A DNA stretch of 64,000 bases. It comes from Amoebidium appalachense (Eukaryota > Protista > Ichthyosporea). Position 1 is the stretch's first letter; each line of letters begins with the position of its first letter. The DNA is taken from the NCBI GenBank assembly GCA_963693365.1, contig CAVNZM010000006.1, positions 3,992,267-4,056,266 on the forward strand, written 5' to 3'. Below are positions 1 to 64,000 of this stretch, in pieces. The translations under genes and the position numbers were made by a program. The notes beneath the pieces are model-generated. The model was not told the origin of the DNA, did no database searches, and saw nothing but the letters and a program-made list of their open reading frames with translations.

Positions 1-3992
<3,992 letters not shown>

Positions 3993-5239
3993 TTTAGCAA
4001 GTTAAAAAGTAGGCATCCTGGGGGTTTCGGGTTTTGATAGAGAAATCCTTTTCCTCCCGGTTGGAAGTGTTGGAATAATTTGTCGTCAAGGGGTTTTAAC
4101 ATTATAAATTCGGTTTGGAAGTTAGGGTCTGGTTGGTATTCTTCTTTTGTTGTGCAGTAAGTTGATTTTTTATTGTGAACGTGTTTGGACTCGAATGTTG
4201 CGGTTTAGGTAACTTAGTTTGACAGAGTTTAATGCCGAATGCTTTTCTTGGGTATCGTGTCCATGTTGTTAAGTGGGATGACATTGCAGTAAGAATGGTT
4301 TTTTCCTAGAAGCGAATTTGAGATACAATGATTCGTGTAGATGATACTCATTTGCGTGATGATACCACGTGCACAAATGCCAAACTCACGCACGGCATGC
4401 AAACACATACCTTTACATACACCAAGGCTTGCTAACGCATAAGCAACACTGCAATGACACAACCAGCTTAGTTAGGGTTAAACCCTTCATATTTGTGGCA
4501 TGTGAACGGATGCCCGAGCATCCCTTTTGATAATTTATCCCGGTGGCACTTAGAGGCTACGTTTAAATAAAATCATACTATATATGGTTAATCGGCACTG
4601 GTTCGCAGATCTCTGAATCCTCGCAATTAAGGTAGCTGGAACCATGGAATTGCAGCAATTGGTCTCCGGGCCAAACTCAAATGAAAAACACGGTTACATC
4701 GAGAGTGAAAAGGTACACCAATTATGCGCTGGAGCCATAATAATCTATCCATGTTAATTGAAACGTACCAGATTCGGTGTTGTTGGTTTTTCGGTCGCTG
4801 CCTCTGAACCAATTGAGTTATATTTTTTCTGTGCTGAGCGTTTGAAGGAAACACTATTTACTTAATTATAATGCAAAGGTTATAGCTCTGGCGCATAATT
4901 GGTGTAACTTTTTGCTCTCGATGTAACCCCTTTTTGCATATGAGTTTGGCCCGGAGGCCAAACACCTCAACTGCATGGTTTCATCCTCGTTAATTCGAGG
5001 CTTATTCAAGGTCAAGCTTGTTTCATTGGGCCGACCACCATTCTATGCACCGTGTATGCAGACTTTGAAGGTGAAGTTGCGCAAAGGCTTGCCGTTGGGT
5101 TAAGAAGTAGGGAGAGTGAGAGAAAAACGTCATTGATATACCCTCTATGTAGTTGAGATTTCACAGATGCCCCGGGAATATAATATAGTGTAAAACGAGG
5201 AACATTGCCTCTGGTGAATGTGTATGCTTTTTGCAGAGT

Positions 5240-5590
5240 ACGGTAGTTCTGCCTCGGCGCGGGTGAATGATTCCGCTTTTGGCAGAATATTTCTGCCTCT
5301 GGTTAATTATTCTGCTTTTTAACAATTCTGCCTCTTGTGAATTATTCTGCTTTTCAAAACTTCCTGACTATGGTGAATTACTAAAATTCTGCTCTGGTGA
5401 AAATTCTGCTTATCAAAATAATTCTTCCTCAGATTCTGATGGTGAATCACCAATTCTGCCTTTGGTGCCTATTCTGCTGTTTGCAGATTTGAATAATTCC
5501 ACATCTGGTGAATATATCTGCTCTTGCTGAGTACATCTGCTAAAAGCAGATCTGAATATGTCTGTGCCTGCTTCGAATTCTGCTGCGGAT
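5240..5590. repeat. Degenerate minisatellite built on an (A)ATTCTG(C) core, with short inverted copies (GGCAGAAT..TTCTGCC)
   Basis: Many spaced copies of attctg/attctgc between 5247 and 5585. Confidence 0.55.
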
Positions 5591-5631
5591 GCCTGTTGGT
5601 TATCCCCCCCCCCCCCCCCCCCCCCCCCCCC

Positions 5632-5676
<45 letters not shown>

Positions 5677-6359
5677 CCCTCCCCCCGTTCCTCCTCTCCG
5701 GCCACGCTTTCAAACAATGCACGACAACGAAAATTCAATCATACGTATACTTGAAAGTTCCAGAGAATGGGAGTTACACAGTGTGGAGAAATGGCGAGGT
5801 TGAACGGGTTTTTATTCTTTTTTTTATATATTTTAAATACAGTAAGTTTTTTCATTTATTATTTTATTTTATCCCGTATTGTCCTGGAGCCCGCAGCCTG
5901 GAGCCCCATACCTTTTTGTAGGGGTCCCTCATAGGAACTACCGTCCATCACTAAGAACCACTGTACGATTTTTTGTTTTATTGGTTTAGCGCTTGGCTTT
6001 AAGCTCATATTGTGCGACAACCACCCCGAAGTCTACAGATCGTGTGTACAGAATATGATCGCCGCGGTGCAACTCCTACACTCTGCAATCACAACCCTGG
6101 TCCCGCCATAACAGACAGTGCTAACCCAGGGGGCCGCACCACTGTACGACATACTCCAGCTAGGGTAGCATGCTATGGTGCACCGCAATATTGCCTGTTT
6201 TTTTTTTTTTTTTTTTTTTTTGTTAAATCCACCCCCCCCCCCATCCCCCCTCCCCCCCCCCCCCCCCCTACGGGTAGCGTCATCAGTGGGGCCGACATTT
6301 GGGGCTTATACTAGTTCAACGGGTATCAATTCAGTAAAACAGCTCGGGGAGGGGGAGCT

Positions 6360-6417
<58 letters not shown>

Positions 6418-7014
6418 GTTTGTTGCAGGTGTGCCAGGGGCCCCGCAGGGAAGCTGGGGGGGGGAGGGGCGGGGAAGAGAGAGAGAGGAAAAGAGAGAGA
6501 GAGAGAGAGAAGTGGGGAAGATCGATTCTCAAGTACATAATGGGTTACACCACAGCTGTCATGCATCTCGTGCAGACAGGCGATGAGACATTGATAGGCG
6601 GCTAAACCAAATTGCCCAAAATGGCCTACCAGTGCAATTCTCAGACCGAGAAATCATCTTTTCTTTAGAACCCATACTTTTACTCTTTGTCATTCCCGAC
6701 GTTACATTATTGTATGACATTAGCCACATCAATGCATGTGCCCATCCCTTGCCATGCCCGGCCTCACCTCCAGTCCCCTTTTAGCAACGCCTTCCTGAAC
6801 TCTAACGTTTTATACGGTCGCAATCGAAAGACAATAAAATTCCCCATACAGAAATCGCCATCTATCGAAAAGAAAGATCAAGCACATAAATACTGTATTG
6901 GTCTTTTGGGCTGTTGATTGGTTTCCAAGGGAATATAAAACACTAAGAAAGTTATTTTTTTAATAATGACTTTTCTTTTTTTTATAAGGACTTTAAAAAA
7001 CTTTCCGGAAAAGC

Positions 7015-7190
7015 CAAGGCATCCGATCCTTGACTACCCCGGTTGTAGTTAGCTTACAATAGAGGGCCATTGCCATAGTCTGCACCCAGGCGAGTCCCAT
7101 CAGGGCATCCGATCCCCTGCGCTACATCCCGGGGTTCGAACCAGGTGCCTCCTGCGTCGGAGGCGAGGAGCTACAACGAGAAACCAGATT
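7015..7190 (-). mobile_element. tRNA-derived (tRNA-Gly-like) SINE head or tRNA pseudogene with a short body
   Basis: Minus strand 7128-7170 reads CTCGCCTCCGACGCAGGAGGCACCTGGTTCGAACCCCGG, close to the anticodon and T arms of eukaryotic tRNA-Gly (CTCGCCTGCCACGCGGGAGGCCCGGGTTCGATTCCCGG), with an intact box B. D-arm and acceptor stem are degenerate. A direct repeat GGCATCCGATCC occurs at ~7018 and ~7104. Confidence 0.45.
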
Positions 7191-7865
7191 TGCACTTGGT
7201 AGGTACTACTCATCGAGAAATTTGTCGGAATACCAGAATTTATGTAACTGCCCGCTTTTTTATTACCGGCCTGTGACGACTTGCCTCTGAAAGTCCAAGC
7301 GAAAACCGTGACTGCAGTTTAGACTTGATTCTTTCAGCTCTTTTTTATAAAACCCTCAAAGGAAACACAACCCTCTTTCTTCTCTCCCGCCTCCTCCAAT
7401 CCTCCTGTCCCACCCGCCCGACCACATACACAAACACGCTGGCACACACAAGCACACACGCACACACAAGCACACACGAACATGCAAGCACACACACCTT
7501 TGTTGTCACACCACACACAGATAGTTAATCGTTTGGATTCTAATAATTCAAAACACAAGCAGGGCCGTTGCCAGGTAACCTTTCTTGCCTGGGTAGAAAC
7601 AGTCCTCGAATCATCGTGAAGAAGCCGTAGAGAAAGTGAGGGAAGTCATGTTTCGAAGCCAGCCAACGACATACATTCCATGAGATTTGATCAGGAGTTT
7701 GTTTGTGGTAACAGTCAAGCACGGTTTTAGGGGCTGGATTAGCACAGAGCATTAAAAAGTTTCATACCTATGCTTGTCAGCACCCCAGTTGTTTTCATGG
7801 CCCGATAACACATACAGTAACGGCTTCCAACTCCATCGTTGGAGACCACCCATACACCAGCAAAT

Positions 7866-30997
<23,132 letters not shown>

Positions 30998-31000
30998 TCT

Positions 31001-31092
<92 letters not shown>

Positions 31093-31102
31093 AACGCACA
31101 AA

Positions 31103-31166
<64 letters not shown>

Positions 31167-31687
31167 CACATACACAGGCACGCGCACACACGTGTGCACA
31201 CACATACACACAAACGAGAATACATCTACACACGACCCCACCCACTCGGCTCGACCATACTCAAATGCACATTTTGGCTTTGAAACAAAGAGACACCGCA
31301 CCACACAATGCTGAACACCCGCTATTTTTATGTGAGCTGTGTAATTTGCGAAGGGTCCCCTGCTCTTAAATACTAAAAGCGCGTTTGAAATGAAACGCTT
31401 TTTCTCTTTCTTCGAAGACGGTTTTTTGAAAATTTGAACAAAACGTCCACACCGGATCATAGTGTCGTCCAGTCTATGGCAATGAATGCTTTTCTTCTTC
31501 CTGTTTTTTTTTTTTTTGAGGGGCCTTTAAAGCCCCCATTTTTCTTCACTGGTAAATCAATGCAAGTTTTCAGGGATTCGAACGTTTTCGTCAGTATGGC
31601 AGTACTGCATTACTGTATGTGATTGTCATGTAAACCCCCCCCCCCCCCCCCCCTTCCGCGCACGCACACACACACGCACACATGGAT

Positions 31688-31767
<80 letters not shown>

Positions 31768-32704
31768 CCCGCCTTCTGCCTCTCCCTCCGTCCCTCCCTC
31801 CTTTTCTTTCCCTCTGTCACGATCGCGCTCCGATCCTTGTTCTTTCTCTTTTTACTGGCAACCTGAGCACAGTGCGCATTTTCAACCCCTAAAATTTTCG
31901 AATACGATGCAGCTTCGAAGCAGAGCCATGCTTTGTGGTATGGGTTCTATTGTCTGTACCGGGTCCCGCGGTGCACGTGCCATATGCAAAGAATACACAT
32001 GTAGGTATTGATAATGTATATTGTTCCAACGTTGTGTCTTCATGCGTGGGTAGCGCTAAGTGTGACACCCACCTGTTAGCCATTACCTTGTTCCATACAA
32101 AATAAGACAGCAACGCGGCTGAATCCGAGTTGGTGTGATAGTGCTTCTTCTGCATGCACCAGATCATTGTCATGATGATCAACCATTTCCGATGCCCATT
32201 CTCGCAAATTGTGTGTGTTACAGTACAACAATATCGTGAATGCCATGTGGGCCCCGGGCATGTTCAACATGTGCAGTGCTTGCATGCCTCCGCTGGGGGC
32301 CACTCGGCACCCCAGTCTGCATGGTGCGTGTGTACGTGCGTGCGTGTGTTTCAGCATTATTGTGTTGTTTAAACGAACGGCGAATGCCAGAGTTTCACCT
32401 TGACGTACATGCATGCATATGCATGTGTGTGCGAGGGAGAGAAATAGCTATAAGAGAGAGTGTGATGAGAGACTGCAATCTCCTTGACTGTGGATGTGTG
32501 TACGCGTATGCGCGCTACGACATTGATCACATGTACGTACACATGTACCGGTAGCTATGAGCTGTGCGGAGACATACCACGCTGTGGGAGATCTAGAGGG
32601 AGGAAATTTTAAAAGGCTCGGAACTTCAGCGAGAGAGCCTAATAAGATCATAGAACCTCGGAGAGAGATCAAGAGAGGGATCGAAGAGCCTGAGAGAGAG
32701 GGAG

Positions 32705-32890
<186 letters not shown>

Positions 32891-32993
32891 GGCGCTTTCA
32901 GGGAGAGATAATATATATCGATTGAGAGAGAGGAGTGGGGAGAGAATTCGAAGGGGTGGGGGAAGGGGGGAGCTCAAGAGAGAGAGAGAGAGA

Positions 32994-33026
<33 letters not shown>

Positions 33027-33749
33027 TGGAGGGAGGGAGGGAGAAGCTAGCTAGATATAGAACCTCTAGAGCTCGTGGTGGTGGTGGTGGTGGTGGTGTG
33101 TGTGTGTGTGTGTGCGCGCGGGCCGGGGGGGGGAAGGGGGGAGGGGAGGGGGGGGGGGGGGGGGGGGGGGGAGGCTGTACTACTGAGAAAGATCGAGGGT
33201 GCAATTACCAGTACTTGTGAGCTCATGGGTGCATGCCGGTGTACGTGTGACGTGACACGCTTGATACATGTGCCTAATATCAGCTTGTGTACATATGCAT
33301 GAGAAAGGCCCGACCTAAATATCACATGTACATGCGCCGCTGCGATGCATGTACACAGGACTGTGCACAGGTGCGTATACGTGCACGAGGGCCCTGGATC
33401 AAGTTTGATATGGACATTTTCTACAAAATGAAACTATCTAGATCTGCGCATAGTAGTGGCTCGTCGTGCGGTGTGCACGGTCCCGGCGGGACTCCGTTTA
33501 TTTGTGTAAAATAATTGGGATACTGCAGCGCATTCGTCCCTTCAACTGGTAAAACAAACGTTGTGAGAAGATTCATGATGGCATTGCAGGATGCGCAAAC
33601 TTTCGGAACGAGCAAACAACGTCGGCAGCTGACGAGACAGGCTCGGCCCGGACAGCCCCCTGAGAGGTGCACTTATATTTTGCGTAATTATACCCATGTC
33701 AGCTAAAAAGCGACTGGCAGCAGCAGTGGCACGCAAGACACGGCCCGGC

Positions 33750-34350
33750 CAAAAATTCCAATAAAATAATAATCTTCGTGACTGAGTCTCGTAAATCCGA
33801 AGGTTCTTCAACAGTTGTTCTGAATGATCGTACGACCGAGAGTCCGTGCTGTGCTCGCCAGGGCAAAGAAAAATCATAGCATCGCTTATGTCTGTCATGA
33901 GCTCGCCATACAAACCATATTGAGTACATGTATTGTGGGTATCCACACCATATAATGGGCCCATGTGGTGCATGGGTGATGGGAGTGGTGATGAGTATCC
34001 GCGGGCCGGGACTCCGGGCCACTGCTGAAACCCATTTCTATTGGCTACTCCCTTGACAGCTGGCCGGCGGCTGACCACCAATCAAAGCAGTCCTTGTCAT
34101 GCCTTTTACGTTCATGACATGACCATGCGAATCAAGTTGCCTTTCTACCTGGGAGCATACGTAGTGAAAAAAGGAACGAAAAACGCATCGGAGGACGCGG
34201 AAAAGAGTGAATACCCTGTATTGCAACAATTTCAAACTCTAGGTGGGAAAACATACGGTAGATGATAAAGTGTAGATGATGTCGAACTTGACCTTCGGCC
34301 GAAGTGATAAAATGCGGAATCTGTCCAGGTATGTATGGCATGCCGATTAG
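33750..34350 (-). pseudogene. Possible decayed exostosin/GT47-like glycosyltransferase remnant
   Basis: Minus-strand peptide fragments SDAFFVPFFTTY and YGELMTDISDAMIFLCPGEHSTDSRSYD resemble the exostosin ADxFFVP and FCLxPxGDxxxSxRxYD motifs in the correct order, but are separated by stops. Confidence 0.3.
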
Positions 34351-35942
34351 CACCCATCACAGCAGTTTGTAGGACCTGACCAATCAGAAACATTACATTT
34401 GAGCTAAAGTAGGCTATTGCTTCAGGAATGTACCTGATACATGAAACCGTTTGCGCAGTGGCCCGATTACCTCACGACAAGGTTGTTTCTCTTTTACTCA
34501 CCTCTTTTTCAAAATGCTTTGGCTCTAAATTTTTTATTTCATTTAAAAATTTCATTTTTAGACAAAGGTGTGTGCTGATCTCCAACGGCGCCGGTTGGCA
34601 ACTCAAGCGCTCGAGTTGCGGCCCACGGCCCACGGGGCAGAATGGATGCCATCTTACCCTCCTCATAGCAAAGTATAATGGCTAGCGGTTTGGACGTGTT
34701 TGATTGGCTATGTTTTTCTTAGATTATGAAGTCGGAATTTCCTGTGATAAACGCCCTCGCTTGTGTCATTTTATGATAGAAACAGGGTGCTGTAAATAAA
34801 AATGGTTAGCGTTCACTAGAACCTGCGAGGTAGAATAATAACTATATACCAATTTACTTGTCAAAAACTACAATAGTTGATATGAGGCTACTGATAATTC
34901 GCGTACAATACGTTCTAAGTCTCTTTTTCACAGTGTTCTTTCTGCCCTTGAAAACAGCCTTTTCCGCTTTCCTCACTCCTGGAACATCTACCTCGTAAGT
35001 GTGCTTGCAGATGTTATCGAGAGCACATACTGGCGGCCTCGTTCGCGCTCCGGCCCACTCAGACGCACACAGACGGACAGTAAGCGTGTACTTTCCGTGC
35101 ACAGCCTACAATGTTTTTCTATGTAGATGAGGAGGCTTTGCTGTATTAGTAGTTGTGTTTTGTACTCTGGCTAGTTGTTAATTGCTGTCTCACAGTCATG
35201 CGGATAACCTATTTTATAAGCACACTCTACAGTACGTTCAATTAGTGGTTTTGGCGAAGTTTGAAATTCGAACAGACAGAGTTTGACGGGTTGCAACTCA
35301 AGGCCTTCGATGGTGGCAGTGGAAAAAACGCAGGCTTTGTGAGGCTCCCAACACCTCATTAACCAACATACAGGTGAGCTTTTTTTTATGTCTTTCTTTT
35401 AGCTCCCTCAAAATCAAATCAATCATTAGTAGAATCTGGCTGTTTCTCTTTGGGGAGCTGACTTTGTTTAGGTATACACAAGGAAACAAACAACTCACTG
35501 AGAGGGGATGTTGTAGTTGCGGAAAAATACATACAAGAGTACACAATAGATCATAGGAAGGTATGTGAGCTGGTGAAGCTTGCGCTCCTGTGCCCGTTAG
35601 GGACCTTGCATCGTGCATCGTACAACGTGCATGTGGCACAACGAATGGATGAAACGTATGTTTTTCGCCTCTCTGCGAAGGTTTTCACAGCATAGTATCA
35701 GGCATGCGTTCTCCCGCCGGCAACAACTAGATCCAACACCCCTTCCGAATATTCTTGCGCCTCGTGCAAATATATCTTTTGGTCTTTAATACACGTCAAT
35801 TGCTCTTTGTAAACGTTTTCACTAGATTGCACGTTGCCGTACCGTGGTTGTTTTGTGTAGAGTAAGTTTGTGTAGAGTTGCTTACAAAATTTGCACAACC
35901 TCAGAGCTGTCGGAGAATACATCTCCCTGGCCACTTGCTGCC

Positions 35943-42983
<7,041 letters not shown>

Positions 42984-43460
42984 GTAAGTCAAAAGTCGGA
43001 TTAATGTTGATGTTTTTCCCTGATAATTTGTTTGTGTGAAGGTTTTCTCTTTGCTTTATCGTTAACTGGTGTTTATCCTAATTTTTGTTTCTGTAAATCT
43101 CCAACTTCATCATGCCTTTTTCGTTATTGTAGTGTCTTTCCTCCGTAGGGGCTAAAGATGTTGGTTTTAATGCAGCTCGGATAGCCAATGACACAAAAAC
43201 GTAATTTGTCGGATTTAAATCGATCAAAGCTTGTACTCAAACATTGACTGTGTCATGATTTCTACCCCCATCTACCCGCGTTATCAGGGGTTCATGGGGC
43301 TTGTTGCAGATTGTTGTTTTTCTGATACCTTGGGCTGATATATACTTCCGATCGTGCCTGATTGTATAATAATGGGTGTTTACACGGCAGACGTGGGGAT
43401 CTACTGGGGATGCATATACGTTCTCTTACGGCGTTTCTTTCTTTTTTCTTTTTTGGTCAC

Positions 43461-43518
<58 letters not shown>

Positions 43519-43912
43519 TGTTTGTGGTGGGGGGGAGGGGGAAGGGGGGGATATTTAGGATGCTGAAATATTATGGTGTCTCGATGGTATGGAGACACTA
43601 AGGTAGTAGCAACGAACCATATGATCATGGGACGATGCATTCATGACAGTTGGTAACTAGCGCGGGAACTAATAATAGGCGGTTAACTAATTATGGATGG
43701 ATATTTTCACGGAGTACTGTATGTAGGTGGGGCAGTAACTTTGGGCGGTTGGTTTTTGCATACATTTTGTATGCAAGTCAAATGTATAAACAGATGTCGT
43801 GCTTCGAGAACAGTAAAATCATCCTGAAAAATGAAATTTTTGTTCAGGCTCCGACAGCCATGGACACGGCCCTCTGAGAAAAAGAGGGCCGTGGCCATGG
43901 ATCAACCCCCCC

Positions 43913-43964
<52 letters not shown>

Positions 43965-44012
43965 TCATACCAACACATAACACAGCAGCCCATGTGTATG
44001 CCATTTGTCGAG

Positions 44013-44061
<49 letters not shown>

Positions 44062-44904
44062 ATATACACCACCACCACCACCACTATCGATACCAATATC
44101 ACCACTATCACTGCACCACTACCCACCCACCCACCCACACCGCCAAAAAAAACCCCCCACAAAAACAAACTTTACGTTTGAACACCTATTGAATTTCCTC
44201 TTTGTTGCTTGTTTGTTTGTTTTATAAATTGATTACCACCAACACACGCTTACTCCTACTTTTCTTTGATTCTTATAAAACCTTTTTTTGCGCGGCAAAA
44301 ATTCCCGCTCAAATTTCTATAATTGGCTAGTCACTCAGATCGCGCGCAAATTTAAGGTGATGCGTTCTTTTTTTTTTTTTTTTTTTTTTGAGATTGCGAT
44401 TATTCCTACTATTTTTTAGTTTTATTCCTAGGCCTACTTTTCTTTGATTTTCATCGAAATCATACCTCAGCCCATGTGTATACAATTAGCCGAGCTTGAT
44501 TGTGCTCTGTGTACATGTACACATGTTTATTTTGGGCTTGGCGTGAAATACATACGTAGTGGGTGTTTTATCACAGCACGTGGCGAGTTTAGGACGTCAT
44601 TTTTATAAAACAACTAAAAAAGTAGGAAATTCGAGGAGGCACATGGTTGACGTAGAGGGCCGCGGCAGACTGAGTGGATGCGGCAACCCCCCTCTCCCCA
44701 TCCCCCACCCCCCCTCCCTCCCCCTGTGCGGTACAGTGTGTGCATGCATGTGTGTGTGCGCGTGTGATTAGCAGAGTGTGTGTGTACGGCTTGTGTGCGA
44801 AAATTCAAATGGACACTGTGGATATCGAATCAGGAGTGATGATAAATGATCCCGTATACCTTAGTAAAGCTGTTCTAAATTTAGGCATTGTGTGCATGCA
44901 AGAC

Positions 44905-46270
<1,366 letters not shown>

Positions 46271-47726
46271 CATATAACACACAAGGCCTCCCTTAATGGT
46301 ACACCGCATCTTTTAAATGAATGATTTTGCAGTGTGTACATTTTTCGTCATGTACAAGCACTGCACATTCGCCCGGGCCATGGCAGCACTAGTCTATACT
46401 AGCCGTGAGCCAGGGGACTTTTCGTCGAGCCCCGGCACCAATCATATCGCTTATTTTCTGGAATGGAATGTGACGTCAGACTTTTCGTTGATGCACCGCA
46501 CCAATTGAATTAGACTACTATAATCCTAACCAATTCAAGCGCCTCTTGTGAACTAGGGCAAAAGAGCAATGACGCTTGATGATTAGTTAGATTCTGATGT
46601 GCAGATCTGGCTCATCAATGTGTTAACTTTACATTTGTGATTGGTTGGAATGCTAATGATTGAGCCAATTGTTGCGCTTTAACTAACTGCGATTGCACTC
46701 CTCTGAGCTGAGAAAAAAAAAAAAATAAAAAAAAAATAAAAAAAAAATAAAAAAAAAAAAAAAAATAAAAAAAAAACGGGGAACCCCAACTAATTGATTT
46801 CTCCTTGTAGTCTTTATGGTGTCTCGTAGAGAAAGTAAACCCTGATATATAGTCACCACCCGACATCTATGTACGTGATCATGATATACCGCTGAGGGGA
46901 TATTCCGAGCAAACCCCCCCCCCCCATACCTGAGACTGGTTCTCTTTGCCTCGAGTAAACAGCGTAAACCCCATCTTAGACTTCGCTAGTATCACAACAC
47001 TTTGGGATGATCATGCACCAGGATCTTGACTGTGGCTCGCATTCCCTCGCATCTAGATGTAGCCAATGACCTACATGAATAAATCTTGAGGTAAACCAAT
47101 CATATCTTTCCTCGTGCGAACGCCCACTTCCCTTGCCAAAATGCACTTACAGCTCAATGTAGAGTCGTTTTTTATGCACAATATACTAGAAATATGTATT
47201 ATAAAGTGCTTTCTGAAGTAAAACGGAAAGTAAAGTATTGTTTTGATGAACAAAGCACCTGGATGAAGTCATCATAAGAAGTCAAGCTCGCACCCGATTC
47301 GCCCGAACCGCACCATATCACTGACGTAATTAAGTCTATGGATACTAATGTAGCCAATCACAAGCCTCGCAACTAGGAGCGAAGCAAAATATTTTTACTG
47401 AGGCGTTGATAGCGCTGTGAGTCAAGACACACGGACAGACTTCGCTGCCCTCCTCCCGGCCACCCCCCCCTTCGTTTCACGAAGTAGCTTCGAAACTTGG
47501 GCCAAAAAAAAACCGGAAAAAAATAAGGAAATAGTCATACTATATTTTCTTCTCAGATATTGGACAGTATTATCAGTGAATTATTGGGTTTTATTTGTAA
47601 TAGAACCCAGCTTCTGCAGGGTGGGATGGGCAGGGGACCACTAGAGGCAGCTGTAGAGCCATGCAACAGCACGTAGACAAGGTGTGAGTATTTCAGGGCC
47701 ATGATTTCTCTATAGAACATTGAAAA

Positions 47727-63280
<15,554 letters not shown>

Positions 63281-64000
63281 TTGCGCAAACACACCTCTCC
63301 TTTCCCTCCGCACGCGCACAAACACATACACCCTCTCCCCTCTTCTTCTCCACCTGTATGTCGCACACTTGAAGAACTCGCACCGTCATTTATCCCCCAT
63401 TGGGTTCTTTTTGCAAACGTGCAATCAATTATGACACCCGAGTTAGTTAATTTGTAGCGCCAACTACATGAGGTCTAGCTTGGCCAATTAAGGAGACTCA
63501 GGGGATGGATTTTAGTTAAAAATTGGGGGTGCGCAACGGATCGAGATCGACCAAATTCCATAATTGATCCAGTCGATCAATTGATGCCGAACTGTCCGAA
63601 AGTTCATTTTGCACCATAAACCCCGCTTAGATCCTGGACGATTGACCACATAAAATTTGGGAGAAAATGAAGTTTCACTTAGAAAGTGGGGGGTAATTAC
63701 CAAGTAAAATGTTTGTCCGGGGGAGTGGTAGGCCTCGGTTGAGGCACCCATCTTATGGAGAGGGTATATTAAGACCTTACGAGGGGCTGTAATTATGTAA
63801 TGACCCCCCACTTTATTAGTAGGATTTTCAAGGCAAATTTATGCGGTCATTCTGTCTGGATCTAGCGTCGAAACTTAGACAGCTTGTAATCAAAAGCCCC
63901 GAAAGTGACAATTTTGGCTAGCTCACACAGACTGGAATTTGATCGATTCCGATCGATCGGATCCCCCGATCACATTGCCGGCAAACCATCCCCTAAGTCT

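Noticed and set aside
63440-64000. Possible DNA-transposon end near the window edge
   Set aside because: Complex non-coding sequence with small palindromes, but no matching TIR, TSD or ORF is visible within the window.

Overview
Intron-rich eukaryotic genomic DNA, probably a unicellular opisthokont/holozoan (an inference from gene content only). Introns are packed with (CA)n/(GT)n, (GA)n and poly-C/poly-G tracts, so nearly all ORFs in the supplied track are microsatellite artefacts. Four spliced protein genes were reconstructed by hand, all on the + strand: (1) the 3' part of a bacterial-type alginate/glucuronan-lyase-domain gene (<1-3992); (2) a complete 23-exon SLC12 Na-K-Cl-cotransporter-like gene (7866-30997, ~959 aa); (3) a MARK/KIN1-type Ser/Thr kinase with a C-terminal KA1 domain (~35943-42983); (4) a LIM-LIM-DH-PH RhoGEF (47727-63280) whose first LIM domain is separated from the rest by a +1 frame break. 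The most striking non-coding signal is a family of intronic, 5'-truncated, poly(C)-bounded mobile units. They carry a ~150-160 nt folded module, present in three diverged variants with compensatory base changes in several stems and a pseudoknot, that matches no ribozyme or ncRNA class I recognise. Also present are a tRNA-Leu(CAA) gene split in its T-loop by a ~0.9 kb insertion, a Tourist/PIF-Harbinger-type MITE, a tRNA-derived SINE-like head and a possible decayed exostosin (GT47) pseudogene. All exon coordinates and folds were read by eye and are not computed.
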